From Acidobacteriota bacterium (lineage in GTDB: Bacteria; Acidobacteriota; Terriglobia; Terriglobales; Acidobacteriaceae): a stretch of DNA of 64,000 nt. The notes beneath the pieces were generated by a model that worked only from the letters and a program-made list of their open reading frames with translations, was not told the DNA's origin and did no database searches. Positions 55,579-64,000 of the stretch are shown here, in pieces. The DNA is taken from contig JABCZC010000013.1 of NCBI GenBank assembly GCA_013289875.1, positions 7,069 through 71,068 of the forward strand. The letters run 5' to 3'. The first letter of the stretch is position 1. Each line of letters begins with the position of its first letter. The position numbers and the translations under genes were made by a program.

Positions 55579-56739
55579 TCAGTGCAGCAGGTTGAGCGTG
55601 TTGCTGCCGTCGTCGACGAAGTAAATTCCCCAATCGGGAACATAGATCAATCCAAAGAGGTCACCAGCGCCAGGAGGGGGTCCGCCGCCGGTATCGATCA
55701 GTTCCTTCGCGATCTGGGTTCCATGCGCGTTGAACTCGGCGATGAAGCCGTCACCTCCATTCACGGTGAGAACATGTCCGTTCGGAGATACGGTGAGGCC
55801 GAGGGGCGCATTCAGCGCGCCTCCCGATGCGAAATGCGCACCGGTGCCGTCGGAGTCAGTACGGAAGAGTGGATTGGAGATTGCCCGGATGCGGTTGTTC
55901 AGGGTGTCTGCAACGTAAAGCACGCGGGCGTGGTCGTCGTCGCTCCAGTTATCGTGGTCGTCGTCATGAGAGTTCGGGCTCAGTCCGACTCCGGTTATTC
56001 CGAGGACCAGGGCGGCTGGGTCGGTACGCTGGTCGAAGCCGGAGCCGATGACCGTCATCGATTTGATCCAAGGCATCTGGGTTGTCGAGGTTCCGAGATT
56101 GATGCGCGTTACCGTGCCCCGATGGACCACGCTGCCGGCAGCAGCTGCGGTTCCGTCAAGAACGTTGGTGACGAAGAGCATAGCTTCGTTTCCACGCTCC
56201 AGCCAGGTCATATCCCACGGGCCGTTGATGAGCGAGCCGTAGAAGGTTTCGACGGGATCGCCGTTGCTGTCCAGGACGATCAGACAGCCATTGCTGCCGG
56301 GGACCAGGCTTCCACCGGTAGTGGGGACGCTTCCAACAATGACCCATCCCGAACGGAGAACAGCGAGCGCCGTCGTCAGGCCGATGCCGCCAGGGCAGGA
56401 GCCAGGAAGCATGGTTGGGTCAAGTTGGGCGAAGAGGGTCACAGCGCCACCCGGGGAGATCTCGACGATGGTGGTTCCAGTTCCCTGGACATTCCCCACG
56501 TTATTGAAATTGCTGACGAGAATATTGCCGGCTTCGAGCTTGCCGACGCTGTGCTCAACGCGGACGATTCCGTAGGGGTTGACGTCCCCGTTTCCAGGAA
56601 CGGTCGATGCGACGGTGCTTACAGTTTTCAGCTTCTTCAGGATAGGTCCGTCGTCATCAGCTTTGGCCAGCATGCACGCCGGCAATGACAGTCCCACACA
56701 TAAAAGCCCGTAGAAAGCGATCCGCAATGGAGTTCGCAT
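55579..56739 (-). CDS. Secreted NHL-repeat beta-propeller protein
   Basis: Signal peptide (LLCVGLSLPACMLAKA) and NHL-like repeats (GNILVSNFNN, LYVADTLNNRIRAI). The 370-aa plus-strand ORF over the same DNA is antisense. Confidence 0.7.
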   Translation of the reverse strand: MRTPLRIAFYGLLCVGLSLPACMLAKADDDGPILKKLKTVSTVASTVPGNGDVNPYGIVRVEHSVGKLEAGNILVSNFNNVGNVQGTGTTIVEISPGGAVTLFAQLDPTMLPGSCPGGIGLTTALAVLRSGWVIVGSVPTTGGSLVPGSNGCLIVLDSNGDPVETFYGSLINGPWDMTWLERGNEAMLFVTNVLDGTAAAAGSVVHRGTVTRINLGTSTTQMPWIKSMTVIGSGFDQRTDPAALVLGITGVGLSPNSHDDDHDNWSDDDHARVLYVADTLNNRIRAISNPLFRTDSDGTGAHFASGGALNAPLGLTVSPNGHVLTVNGGDGFIAEFNAHGTQIAKELIDTGGGPPPGAGDLFGLIYVPDWGIYFVDDGSNTLNLLH

Positions 56740-57006
56740 GAGTTGCTCCTTTGCCTTCCGCCGTCATCCCCATGCCGGCGATCCGAACATGGTCCGGGTT
56801 GGCGCTCGCGGTCAGGAAAGCCCCCATAAAGTAGTCGCTCAGCCGGTGAAGTGATGTCACGGAAATGTCACTTCTCTGTGATTGTTCTGTCAAAAAGCAG
56901 TCCGGGCAGTATTCCGTTTCGAGAGACGGAACACTTGCGAAGGATATTTCTGTGAGCGCAAAGCTGGTTCGAGTCTGGCCAACGAAGTGTAGGCGCGCCG
57001 ACTACC

Positions 57007-58452
57007 ATGGGGACGAGAGTGATGCAGATGGTTGGGCACATGAAGGGACAGGAAGCAATGCCGGAATTTCTCAGGAAACTCGCCGACAATCCGCGAGTGA
57101 CGGTGCGCCGGTCTGGCTCTCCCCTGAAAGATGGCAAAAGCGTCGTCTACTGGATGCAGCGTGCGCAGCGGGGCATTGATAATCCCGCGCTCGATCTGGC
57201 CATCGAGATCAGCAATGAGCTGGGCCAGCCGGTGATCGTCTACTTCTCCGCGATCTCCAACTTTCCCCACGCCAACCTGCGACACTACGCGTTTCTCAAC
57301 CAGGGCTTCTCTGACATTGAAGAGGATCTCGCCGAGAGGAATGTGAGCTTCGTTGTGCGACGGCCTCCGAGCAACTCGCTCGACGGATTCTTGAGAGAGG
57401 TCGGCGCATCCATGGTGATCGGCGATGAAAATCCCTGTCGCGAGCCGAAGCGCTGGCGTACGGTGCTCGCGAAGCGGCTGACGCTTCCTTTCTGGACGGT
57501 CGATGCGGATGTCGTCGTCCCGTCGTCGTTGTTTCCGAAGCACCAGTACATGCTGCACATCATGCGGCCGAAATTATTGGCAGAGCTGCCGAAGTATCTC
57601 GTCGCAAATAAGCGCACGAAGGTGAAGAGAGCGTGGGCTCGTCCTTCGGGGCTCGAAAGCTTCGCGGTGAAAGACGATGTGACCGCAGGGTGGACGAATT
57701 TCGACCGCTCGGTGAAACCCGTCGACAGCTTCACTGGCGGGACGCGCGCGGCGGTCAAACGGCTGAAACACTTTGTCACACATGGGCTGGCAGACTACGC
57801 CAGGCAGCGCAACCATCCAGAGGTAGACGGCACGAGCCAGTTGTCTCCTTACCTGCATTTCGGGCAAATCAGTCCGGTCACGATTGCGTTGGCGGTCGAT
57901 GATGCCTTGCGGCAGGGCAAAGTCTCGCAGGCAGCGCGCGACGCTTATCTCAACGAGCTGATCGGATGGCGGGAGCTCTCCGCAAATTTTGTCAAGTATG
58001 TCCCGAACTACGACTCGATCGAGTGCGCTCCGGAGTGGGCGCAGAAGACACTGCGCGAGCATGCGCGGGACAAGCGGGATCCGGTGTATACGCTGGAGCT
58101 GCTTGAGCGGGCGGAGACGTACGACGAGTTGTGGAATGCTGCCCAGATGCAGATGGTCAAGACCGGATGGATGCATAACTATCTGCGCATGTACTGGGCC
58201 AAGAAGATTCTGGAGTGGGCGCCGAACCCGGCGCTGGCGTGGGAGTGGGCGGTGATTCTCAACGACAAATACGAACTCGACGGTCGCGATCCGAATGGCT
58301 ACAACGGGATCGCGTGGGCGATGGGCGGAGTCCATGATCGTCCCTGGTTCGACCGGCCCATCTTCGGCACGGTGCGGTATATGTCGGGCGCGTCGACCGG
58401 AAAGAAGTTCGATTCGAAGCAGTATATCCGTCAGGTCATGAAAGCGGAGTAG
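57007..58452 (+). CDS. phr: Class II CPD photolyase
   Basis: VVYWMQRAQRGIDNPALDLAI...MHNYLRMYWAKKILEW motifs. The true start is probably Met18 (57058). Confidence 0.85.
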   Translation: MGTRVMQMVGHMKGQEAMPEFLRKLADNPRVTVRRSGSPLKDGKSVVYWMQRAQRGIDNPALDLAIEISNELGQPVIVYFSAISNFPHANLRHYAFLNQGFSDIEEDLAERNVSFVVRRPPSNSLDGFLREVGASMVIGDENPCREPKRWRTVLAKRLTLPFWTVDADVVVPSSLFPKHQYMLHIMRPKLLAELPKYLVANKRTKVKRAWARPSGLESFAVKDDVTAGWTNFDRSVKPVDSFTGGTRAAVKRLKHFVTHGLADYARQRNHPEVDGTSQLSPYLHFGQISPVTIALAVDDALRQGKVSQAARDAYLNELIGWRELSANFVKYVPNYDSIECAPEWAQKTLREHARDKRDPVYTLELLERAETYDELWNAAQMQMVKTGWMHNYLRMYWAKKILEWAPNPALAWEWAVILNDKYELDGRDPNGYNGIAWAMGGVHDRPWFDRPIFGTVRYMSGASTGKKFDSKQYIRQVMKAE

Positions 58453-58624
58453 CCGAGCCCCAATAGCTGGCCGGCATCCATATCAGTCGAAGCCGAGGGA
58501 AAGCGCGAGAAAGCTTTGGGCGCGCTGTAGGGAGTACAGGGGTGGTCCGGCGCCTGGGAAATCAGATAAGGGAACTTCCTTATTCTGAGACTCGGTGTCA
58601 CACTCTCTGCGAAAATGGATCAGC

Positions 58625-59140
58625 ATGCGCCACGCCCTGTTCGCTCTTTCTCTCGCTGTCTTCTCCATCGGCTGCGGCTATCACACGGCGGGATCCGCGG
58701 CGCACCTGCCGAAGACGGTACACGTCCTCGCGATTCCGACCTTCCAGAATGCCACGCAGTCGTATCACACGGAGGTGGCTTTTACCCAGCAAGTGATTCG
58801 CGAATTTTCGAGCCGAACGCCGTACAAACTGGTTGCGGGCAACGATCCGGATGCGGATGCGACTCTGGCCGGAACGGTCACCAGCTTTCAGGTGGTTCCA
58901 CTCACCTACAACTCGCAGACTGGGCAATCGTCGAGCTTTCTGGTTACGATTCGGGCACGCGTGATCCTGACCGACCGGAACCACAAGATTCTCTATAAGA
59001 ATTCCTCTTATCTCTTTCGCGAGCAGTATGAGACGACGCAGGACCTGGTGAGTTTTATCCAGGAAGATCCGGCAGCCGTACAGCGCATTTCACAGGACTT
59101 TGCCCGGGCGGTGGTGTCGGATATTCTGGAGTCCTTCTGA
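58625..59140 (+). CDS. lptE: LPS-assembly lipoprotein LptE
   Basis: Lipobox VFSIGCGYH. Synteny with holA as in E. coli. Confidence 0.75.
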   Translation: MRHALFALSLAVFSIGCGYHTAGSAAHLPKTVHVLAIPTFQNATQSYHTEVAFTQQVIREFSSRTPYKLVAGNDPDADATLAGTVTSFQVVPLTYNSQTGQSSSFLVTIRARVILTDRNHKILYKNSSYLFREQYETTQDLVSFIQEDPAAVQRISQDFARAVVSDILESF

Positions 59141-59174
59141 TGATGAATTTGCGTGTTTTGCAGGAGCTCCGTTA

Positions 59175-60308
59175 GTGGGCGCGGGTTTTGCCGCCGCGGA
59201 TCGCTTTGTCGCCGAGGTGCGCGAAAACAATCTGCGCGCAGGTTACGTGCTGCTTGGCGACGAGATTTTCCTGTACGAGCGCTGCCGCCGCGCGGTGCTC
59301 GAGACGCTGGTTCCCGAGGGGTTGAGAGACTTCTGCCTGTCGGATCTCGACCTTGCCGAGACCAATATCTTCGAAGTGCTGGACAGGGCACGCACGCCTT
59401 CGCTGATGGCGCCCTTCCAGGTGTTTTTTGTCCGCGGCCTCAAGGCGCTCTACACGCGCGGCGCGAAGAAGGATGAGTTCGTGGCCATCGAAGAATATTT
59501 TCGCGCAGCGAATCCGCAGAGCCTCATCCTGTTCATCGCCGACCACATTCGTATCCCGTCCGATCCGCGCCGCATTGACATGGAAGACAAGAACCGATAC
59601 GAGCGGATTCGCGAGACACTCGGTGATTGGTGCGGCATCGTCGAGCTGGCCCGCGCAGATGAAGCCGATGCGCTGCGCTGGATAACGGCCGAGAGCGAGC
59701 GCAATGGCGTACGCTTCGATCCGGACGCGGCACGCGAACTGGCGGATGCGCTGGGCGCGGACATGATGCTGATCGCGAGCGAGTGGAACAAGCTGATCTT
59801 ATACGCGGGCGAGAAGCGCCAGGTGACGCTCGGCGATGTGGAGACGATGGTGCTGGCGGCAAAGCAGCGTTCTTTGTATGAGCTGACCGACGCGATCTCG
59901 GCGAAGGATACACCGCGCGCGCTTCTTCTGCTGCAGGGTCTGCTCAACGCTTCCGACGGCGGGGAAGATTCGGCAATCGGACACTTGTACATGCTGGCTC
60001 GGACTTTTCGGCAGATGCTGGTCATCCTCGAGAAGAACGTGCGCGACTCGCGGGCAATCTGGCAGGCGCTCTGGCAGGGCTTCCGCATGCCTCCGTTCGC
60101 GGCGGACGATTTGATTCGGCAAGCGCGGCGTTACAAATCGAGCCGCGAAATTACACGAGCGCTCCGGTTGATTGCGCGGGCCGATCTGGAGCTGCGCTCG
60201 CAGCCTCCGGACAAGCGGTTGGTGCTGGAGCGGCTGGTCTTCGACCTGACGAAGGAAGCGAAGGTTTTGCGAGGAGATTCGCCAGCGCAGTATGCGATGG
60301 AGTTGTAA
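59175..60308 (+). CDS. holA: DNA polymerase III delta subunit
   Basis: YVLLGDEIFL...LMAPFQVFFV...EWNKLILYAG pattern. GTG 59175 has AGGAG 8 nt upstream. Confidence 0.8.
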   Translation: MGAGFAAADRFVAEVRENNLRAGYVLLGDEIFLYERCRRAVLETLVPEGLRDFCLSDLDLAETNIFEVLDRARTPSLMAPFQVFFVRGLKALYTRGAKKDEFVAIEEYFRAANPQSLILFIADHIRIPSDPRRIDMEDKNRYERIRETLGDWCGIVELARADEADALRWITAESERNGVRFDPDAARELADALGADMMLIASEWNKLILYAGEKRQVTLGDVETMVLAAKQRSLYELTDAISAKDTPRALLLLQGLLNASDGGEDSAIGHLYMLARTFRQMLVILEKNVRDSRAIWQALWQGFRMPPFAADDLIRQARRYKSSREITRALRLIARADLELRSQPPDKRLVLERLVFDLTKEAKVLRGDSPAQYAMEL

Positions 60309-60338
60309 CGGGGTTGGCTATTCTCGAAGAGCTTCCGC

Positions 60339-60473
60339 TTAAAGCGCGGCTGTAAGCAAGAGCAAAAGCGCAGCGACAACGGTGGCCGCCTGATAGACGT
60401 AGTCCGAGTCCTGCCTGATTGGGCGGGCGCTCCTGCCGGGTCGACGGGTCGGACGGTTGAATATTTTGTGCAT
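60339..60473 (-). CDS. Possible 44-aa tail-anchored small protein
   Basis: Below the ORF-track cutoff. ATG preceded by GGGAGGGGGAAGGG. Product MHKIFNRPTRRPGRSARPIRQDSDYVYQAATVVAALLLLLTAAL. Confidence 0.3.
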   Translation of the reverse strand: MHKIFNRPTRRPGRSARPIRQDSDYVYQAATVVAALLLLLTAAL

Positions 60474-60664
60474 GGCCGTGCCCTTCCCCCTCCCATTACG
60501 CATTGCAGCAGTAAGCGATTGCCCTCTTGCTGTCTTAGAGACATTTTCGGCTTAGAAGTTTCTAACTTTAGAAATAAATTCGCGCGAGTTAATTTTTTAG
60601 TTAATAGCTGCTTTGGCGGGAAGAGCGCGGCGCGGCCCGTGCCAGCCGATGTAAAATCGCGCTG

Positions 60665-61204
60665 ATGGCAACCGGCGGACAAACACCAGATTTCTTGACC
60701 CCGAACCCGAATGCTGCCAGAGAACCGCGCGCAGTCGCTCCCTGGGTTATCGCAGGGATCGTTGTGTTGGTCATTCTCGGGATATTCCTGGCGCGCGGCC
60801 ATCATGCGCCGCCGGCGAATCCAGGCGGAGCGGGCCTGGCGCCGCCTGACCCATATTCGGTCAACCTGGTGTTCTCAAACATCAAGATGAGCGAGGCTTC
60901 TAGCGTAGGCGGTGCGAAAGTGACTTATCTGGATGGGCTGATGGCCAACAACGGCGGCCGGACGCTGACCGGCCTCACCGTGCAGGTGGCTTTCCGGGAT
61001 TACACCAACCTGATTGTGCAGAAGGAGACGATGCCGCTGAACCTGATCCGGACGCATCAGCCGTACATCGATACGGAGCCGGTATCTGCGGCTCCCATCA
61101 AGCCCGGTGAGACGCGCGAGTTCCGGCTGATCTTCGATCACGTAGCGGAGGGATGGAACCAGAACTATCCGGAGATCCGTGTGATCGAGGTGAAATTCAA
61201 GTAA
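60665..61204 (+). CDS. Membrane-anchored hypothetical protein
   Basis: One TM helix (WVIAGIVVLVILGIFLA) followed by a beta-rich domain. Confidence 0.55.
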   Translation: MATGGQTPDFLTPNPNAAREPRAVAPWVIAGIVVLVILGIFLARGHHAPPANPGGAGLAPPDPYSVNLVFSNIKMSEASSVGGAKVTYLDGLMANNGGRTLTGLTVQVAFRDYTNLIVQKETMPLNLIRTHQPYIDTEPVSAAPIKPGETREFRLIFDHVAEGWNQNYPEIRVIEVKFK

Positions 61205-61211
61205 GACACTC

Positions 61212-61832
61212 TCAAGACTCCCGCCACCGGGGCGGCCGCTGCGAAACTATCTCACGGCCTGCCTGAATCGCCTCAAACTCGTGGGGAAACCACTTTTCCG
61301 ACACCGCAATACTTACCGTCACGTCCTGAATGTTCTCCGGAGGCAGTGTTGCGCGAGCGCACGCCCCTAGTGCTATGGGAAACACCGTGACTTGTCCCAC
61401 ACTCTGGCCAATTCGATAGCCGAAGCCAAATCCCTTTTGCGGATCACCGTGATCACCGTAACGGTCGATGATCACTGCCCCGTTTCCGATCAGTTGGCCA
61501 TAGAGGTGGTAGCGTAAGGCCTGCATTAAAACCGCCTGCTCCCCCGACTCAATCGCGAAGCCCGTATGGTGCTCGTAGCTGTTTGTGATAAACAAGCGAC
61601 CTGGGAATGCGCCCTTGCTCGAACTCGTCCAGGAACCCTCGTTCTCTCTAAACAGTGCGATTACGGGATCCTGGCTGTAATTCTCGAGGAAAGTGCTTAC
61701 AGAATTCGGAGTGGGATGGATGAGTTGTTGCTGTTCACGAATCTGCGGAGCAACGAAAACCATAAACCCGGCCCCGATACCCGCGGCAAGCAAAAACATG
61801 AACCTCTGAAACGTCACGGACGGCCTCGACAA
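61212..61832 (-). CDS. Membrane-anchored hypothetical protein
   Basis: N-terminal TM helix (FMFLLAAGIGAGFMVFV). No family recognised. Confidence 0.5.
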   Translation of the reverse strand: MSRPSVTFQRFMFLLAAGIGAGFMVFVAPQIREQQQLIHPTPNSVSTFLENYSQDPVIALFRENEGSWTSSSKGAFPGRLFITNSYEHHTGFAIESGEQAVLMQALRYHLYGQLIGNGAVIIDRYGDHGDPQKGFGFGYRIGQSVGQVTVFPIALGACARATLPPENIQDVTVSIAVSEKWFPHEFEAIQAGREIVSQRPPRWRES

Positions 61833-61871
61833 ACTGACTGATCATATTGGCAGATTTTTGCCAATAAAAGA

Positions 61872-61896
61872 AGAGGAGCGAATGACCCGCTCCTCT
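61872..61896 (-). terminator. Intrinsic terminator after the ECF operon
   Basis: AGAGGAGCG-N7-CGCTCCTCT. On the minus strand it is followed by TCTTTTATT and lies 15 nt after the stop at 61912. It is also T-tailed on the plus strand. Confidence 0.6.
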
Positions 61897-61911
61897 CTTT
61901 TTGCCGCGCGG

Positions 61912-62511
61912 CTATTCGTTCGGCTGGGTGGGTGGCGTCGGCGGTGCGCCACCGTCGGGACCATTCTGACCGCCGCCGGGTCCGCTTCGTCCCTCGCCGC
62001 GCGGACCGCCCCATTTACGCATACCGTCGCCACGATCCATGCGAGTCTGTGCCATGGTCCGCAGCTTCTTCCACTGATCGGCGGTGAGGACGGTGCGGAT
62101 GCCGAAGAGCATGCGCGCATTTGCCTTTTCAAGCTCGGCGCGGGCCTGAGCGATGGCGTCGATCTGGCTGAGGATCTTCGCTTCGTCCGGCTGGTCGGCC
62201 CCTATCAGGGGCTGCAGGATGGTTTCCTGCTTATCCAGAGTAGCTTTCAGGTCGATGAGTTGCAGCTTGTGCTGCTGGAAGATATCGTCCATCTTTTTCT
62301 TCTGGTCGTCGGTGATGCCGACCTGCTGCGCCACCTCAGGCTTATCCCACCAGCGGCCGGGGCCACCCGCGCGGAAAGAGCGTTCCATGGGCGGTGGTCC
62401 GGGATTTCCCCCCTGGAAGCCCTGCGAAAAGGCAGGCATGGTGGAACCAAGGCAGAGGAGCGAAGCGAGGGACAATAAAATTCCAGGGCGCTTGTAGTTA
62501 TCGAGCAACAT
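61912..62511 (-). CDS. Periplasmic Spy/CpxP-family (LTxxQ) protein
   Basis: Signal peptide ending AFSQ, a helical repeat with LTADQWKKL, and a Gly/Pro-rich tail. Confidence 0.7.
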   Translation of the reverse strand: MLLDNYKRPGILLSLASLLCLGSTMPAFSQGFQGGNPGPPPMERSFRAGGPGRWWDKPEVAQQVGITDDQKKKMDDIFQQHKLQLIDLKATLDKQETILQPLIGADQPDEAKILSQIDAIAQARAELEKANARMLFGIRTVLTADQWKKLRTMAQTRMDRGDGMRKWGGPRGEGRSGPGGGQNGPDGGAPPTPPTQPNE

Positions 62512-62977
62512 TCTTTTTCTCCATTTTGTTCAGCGAGGATTCCGGGGTGACTTCGTTGCTGGATGTGCTGGAGCTCCAGTTGTCGAGCGTGGCGAGAGGC
62601 GCGAGCGACGAGGGCACGGATTCCGATACGGCAGAGTCCACCTGTTCGAGGAGCGCAGTATCGTCTCCCGGGTTATTCTGTTGCGCAACTACGGGCGGAG
62701 TGGCAACCGGCTTCGTCTGATGCAGCAGAGGCACGGCGCCGATGCAGAGCAGCGCGGCACAGGTCCATGCCAGGATGAGGCGGCGCTGAGCGTTCCGGTA
62801 GCGTTGCCGCGCGGGCACAAGCCAGTTGTAGGCTACAGGCTTCGCTGTCTCGCGTTCCGCTACATAGTTGACCGCTGAACGGAAGTCGCTGAGCGCCGAG
62901 ACGAATTCGCCCGTCGGCTCGAGCGAAGCATCTTCATCGTGCGAGCTGTCAGGATAGTGGTTAGGGTGCGTGTTCAT
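62498..62977 (-). CDS. Membrane anti-sigma factor-like protein
   Basis: Single TM helix (LILAWTCAALLCIGAVPLL). 4-nt overlap with the ECF sigma gene stop. Confidence 0.6.
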   Translation of the reverse strand: MNTHPNHYPDSSHDEDASLEPTGEFVSALSDFRSAVNYVAERETAKPVAYNWLVPARQRYRNAQRRLILAWTCAALLCIGAVPLLHQTKPVATPPVVAQQNNPGDDTALLEQVDSAVSESVPSSLAPLATLDNWSSSTSSNEVTPESSLNKMEKKNVAR

Positions 62978-63564
62978 TTTTCACCTTCGGATTTGCCTGA
63001 GGCGCGCTCGCGGACAATGCGCAGAGCGCGATACAGGTGAGACTTGACGGTGCTGGTGTTCATCCCGGTGGTCTCGGCTATTTCTGACAATTCAAGCTCT
63101 TCGACAAAGCGCAGGATAAAGACCGTGCGTTGCTGGCGCGAGAGCTTCTCGACCGCCTGCCAGATTTCTCTCACCCGCTCCCGCTGGAGCACCCTCGCCT
63201 CCGGAGAACTGGCGCCGTCCGGGACCCAGTCGCCGATGTCGACGATGTCGAGCGCCGTATCGCGCGTTCTTTGCCAGAAGCGCATGCGGCGGCTGCGGAG
63301 GTGATCGCGGACCAGGTTGAGCGCGATGCGCGTGAGCCAGGTACCCAGGCTGGAGTCGCCCCGGAACTGATGGCGGGCGTTATAGGCTTTGAAAAAACAA
63401 TCCTGGGTGAGCGATTCCGCGGCATCGCGATCGGCGAGCGAAGTCATGAGAAAGCGGAAGATACGCGGCCGGTACAGCCGGACGACCTCGTCAAAGTCGG
63501 CCAGCTCCAGGACCGATTCTGCCCGCGCAAGCGGCGGAAGCTCCGTGGATACCATGTGTCCCAT
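62974..63564 (-). CDS. ECF-type RNA polymerase sigma factor
   Basis: Region 2 (RIFRFLMTSL...AESLTQDCFFKAY...WLTRIALNLVRD) and region 4 (LSEIAETTGMNTSTVKSHLYRAL). Confidence 0.9.
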   Translation of the reverse strand: MGHMVSTELPPLARAESVLELADFDEVVRLYRPRIFRFLMTSLADRDAAESLTQDCFFKAYNARHQFRGDSSLGTWLTRIALNLVRDHLRSRRMRFWQRTRDTALDIVDIGDWVPDGASSPEARVLQRERVREIWQAVEKLSRQQRTVFILRFVEELELSEIAETTGMNTSTVKSHLYRALRIVRERASGKSEGEK

Positions 63565-63573
63565 GTTTAGGAA

Positions 63574-63602
63574 TAGACGGGATTCACCTGGATGAGTTTA
63601 CA
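63574..63602 (-). promoter_or_regulatory. Candidate ECF-type promoter
   Basis: Minus strand reads TGTAAAC-N16-CGTCTA, resembling the GAAC...CGTC ECF pattern. It sits only about 10 nt before ATG 63564. Confidence 0.3.
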
Positions 63603-63659
63603 GGAGCGGCTAAATTGCTGGCCAGGCTCATCTTTTGACAGACTCACTTCTGGACAGAC

Positions 63660-64000
63660 TCACTTTTTGATCTTGGCCGCAGCCGCGTCGATATTGAAGG
63701 CGTCGGGCGGCAGCGGGACGTTGTAAGCGGCCTTGTAAAGGAAGCGCTGGCTGGTCATATCTCCATTCTTGAAGCGGGTGATGGAAAAAGGCGTGGGGAT
63801 GCCGTCGAAGGTGTGGTAGTCATCGTACTCTTCGCGCTCCGTGTTCTTGTCGTGGTAGACCGGGTCACGCCACTGAAAGCTGCGGCTGCGGGGCAGGTGA
63901 GTTTCGGCATCCATCTGGATGGTGATGGATTCATTCGCCGGCGAGATCATCGTGACCTGGTCGGTGAGATGGCGCTCGGAAAGCGTCTGGCCTTCGTGGA
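63660..64000 (-). CDS. Hypothetical protein, N-terminus outside the window
   Basis: The frame stays open upstream of the track Met at 63950 to the window edge (…HEGQTLSERHLTDQVTMISPANE…). Confidence 0.5.
   Translation of the reverse strand, partial: HEGQTLSERHLTDQVTMISPANESITIQMDAETHLPRSRSFQWRDPVYHDKNTEREEYDDYHTFDGIPTPFSITRFKNGDMTSQRFLYKAAYNVPLPPDAFNIDAAAAKIKK

Overview
GC-rich bacterial chromosomal window. The gene content (alternative complex III next to a caa3-type oxidase, a sigma-54 activator, Wza/Wzc polysaccharide genes, a hybrid PKS-NRPS) resembles a soil Acidobacteriota-type genome, but that is inference only. All calls come from reading the ORF track and hand-translating the sequence. 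No database or HMM search was run.

Layout:
- (A) 1-12217, minus strand. Two megasynthase genes. One is a 2841-aa T-KS-AT-ACP-aminotransferase-C-A-T hybrid with a mycosubtilin/iturin-like beta-amino logic. The other is a terminal C-A-T-TE NRPS that is missing from the ORF track because it runs off the left edge. Its A domain has eroded catalytic cores and its thioesterase carries Cys in place of the nucleophilic Ser.
- (B) 12244-19574, same strand, with gaps as small as 26 bp. Wzc-like co-polymerase with a Lys-less Walker A, Wza, a processive GT2 synthase, a TagA/WecG-STAS fusion, a NusG paralog and a small XRE regulator. A textbook sigma-54 -24/-12 element (TGGCAC-N5-TTGCA) sits upstream.
- (C) 19900-30334, plus strand, divergent. 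Sigma-54 enhancer-binding protein with a pseudo-receiver, then a tailoring train: acetyltransferase, GT2, membrane hydrolase, FkbH-like loader, ACP, FkbM-type methyltransferase and a secreted CBM/GH-like protein.
- (D) 30350-34760, minus strand. Acyltransferase-3 and two Wzy/O-antigen-ligase-like proteins.
- (E) 34917-35111. An AT-rich 64-codon gene made almost entirely of IxxNQxx heptads.
- (F) 35355-41765. Housekeeping and hypothetical genes: fba, zinc-ribbon protein, DUF4239-like, AlkA-like and others.
- (G) 41992-55519. actABCDEF, SCO1 and cytochrome oxidase subunits II, I, III and IV.
- (H) 55579-64000. NHL propeller, class II photolyase, lptE-holA, and an ECF sigma / anti-sigma / Spy-like operon.

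No rRNA, tRNA, CRISPR array or mobile element was seen. The most interesting candidate is the sigma-54/NusG-paralog-headed gene train of about 19.5 kb. It couples exopolysaccharide export and polymerisation genes to an unusual beta-amino PKS-NRPS line. An FkbH/ACP cassette lies in the divergent operon.
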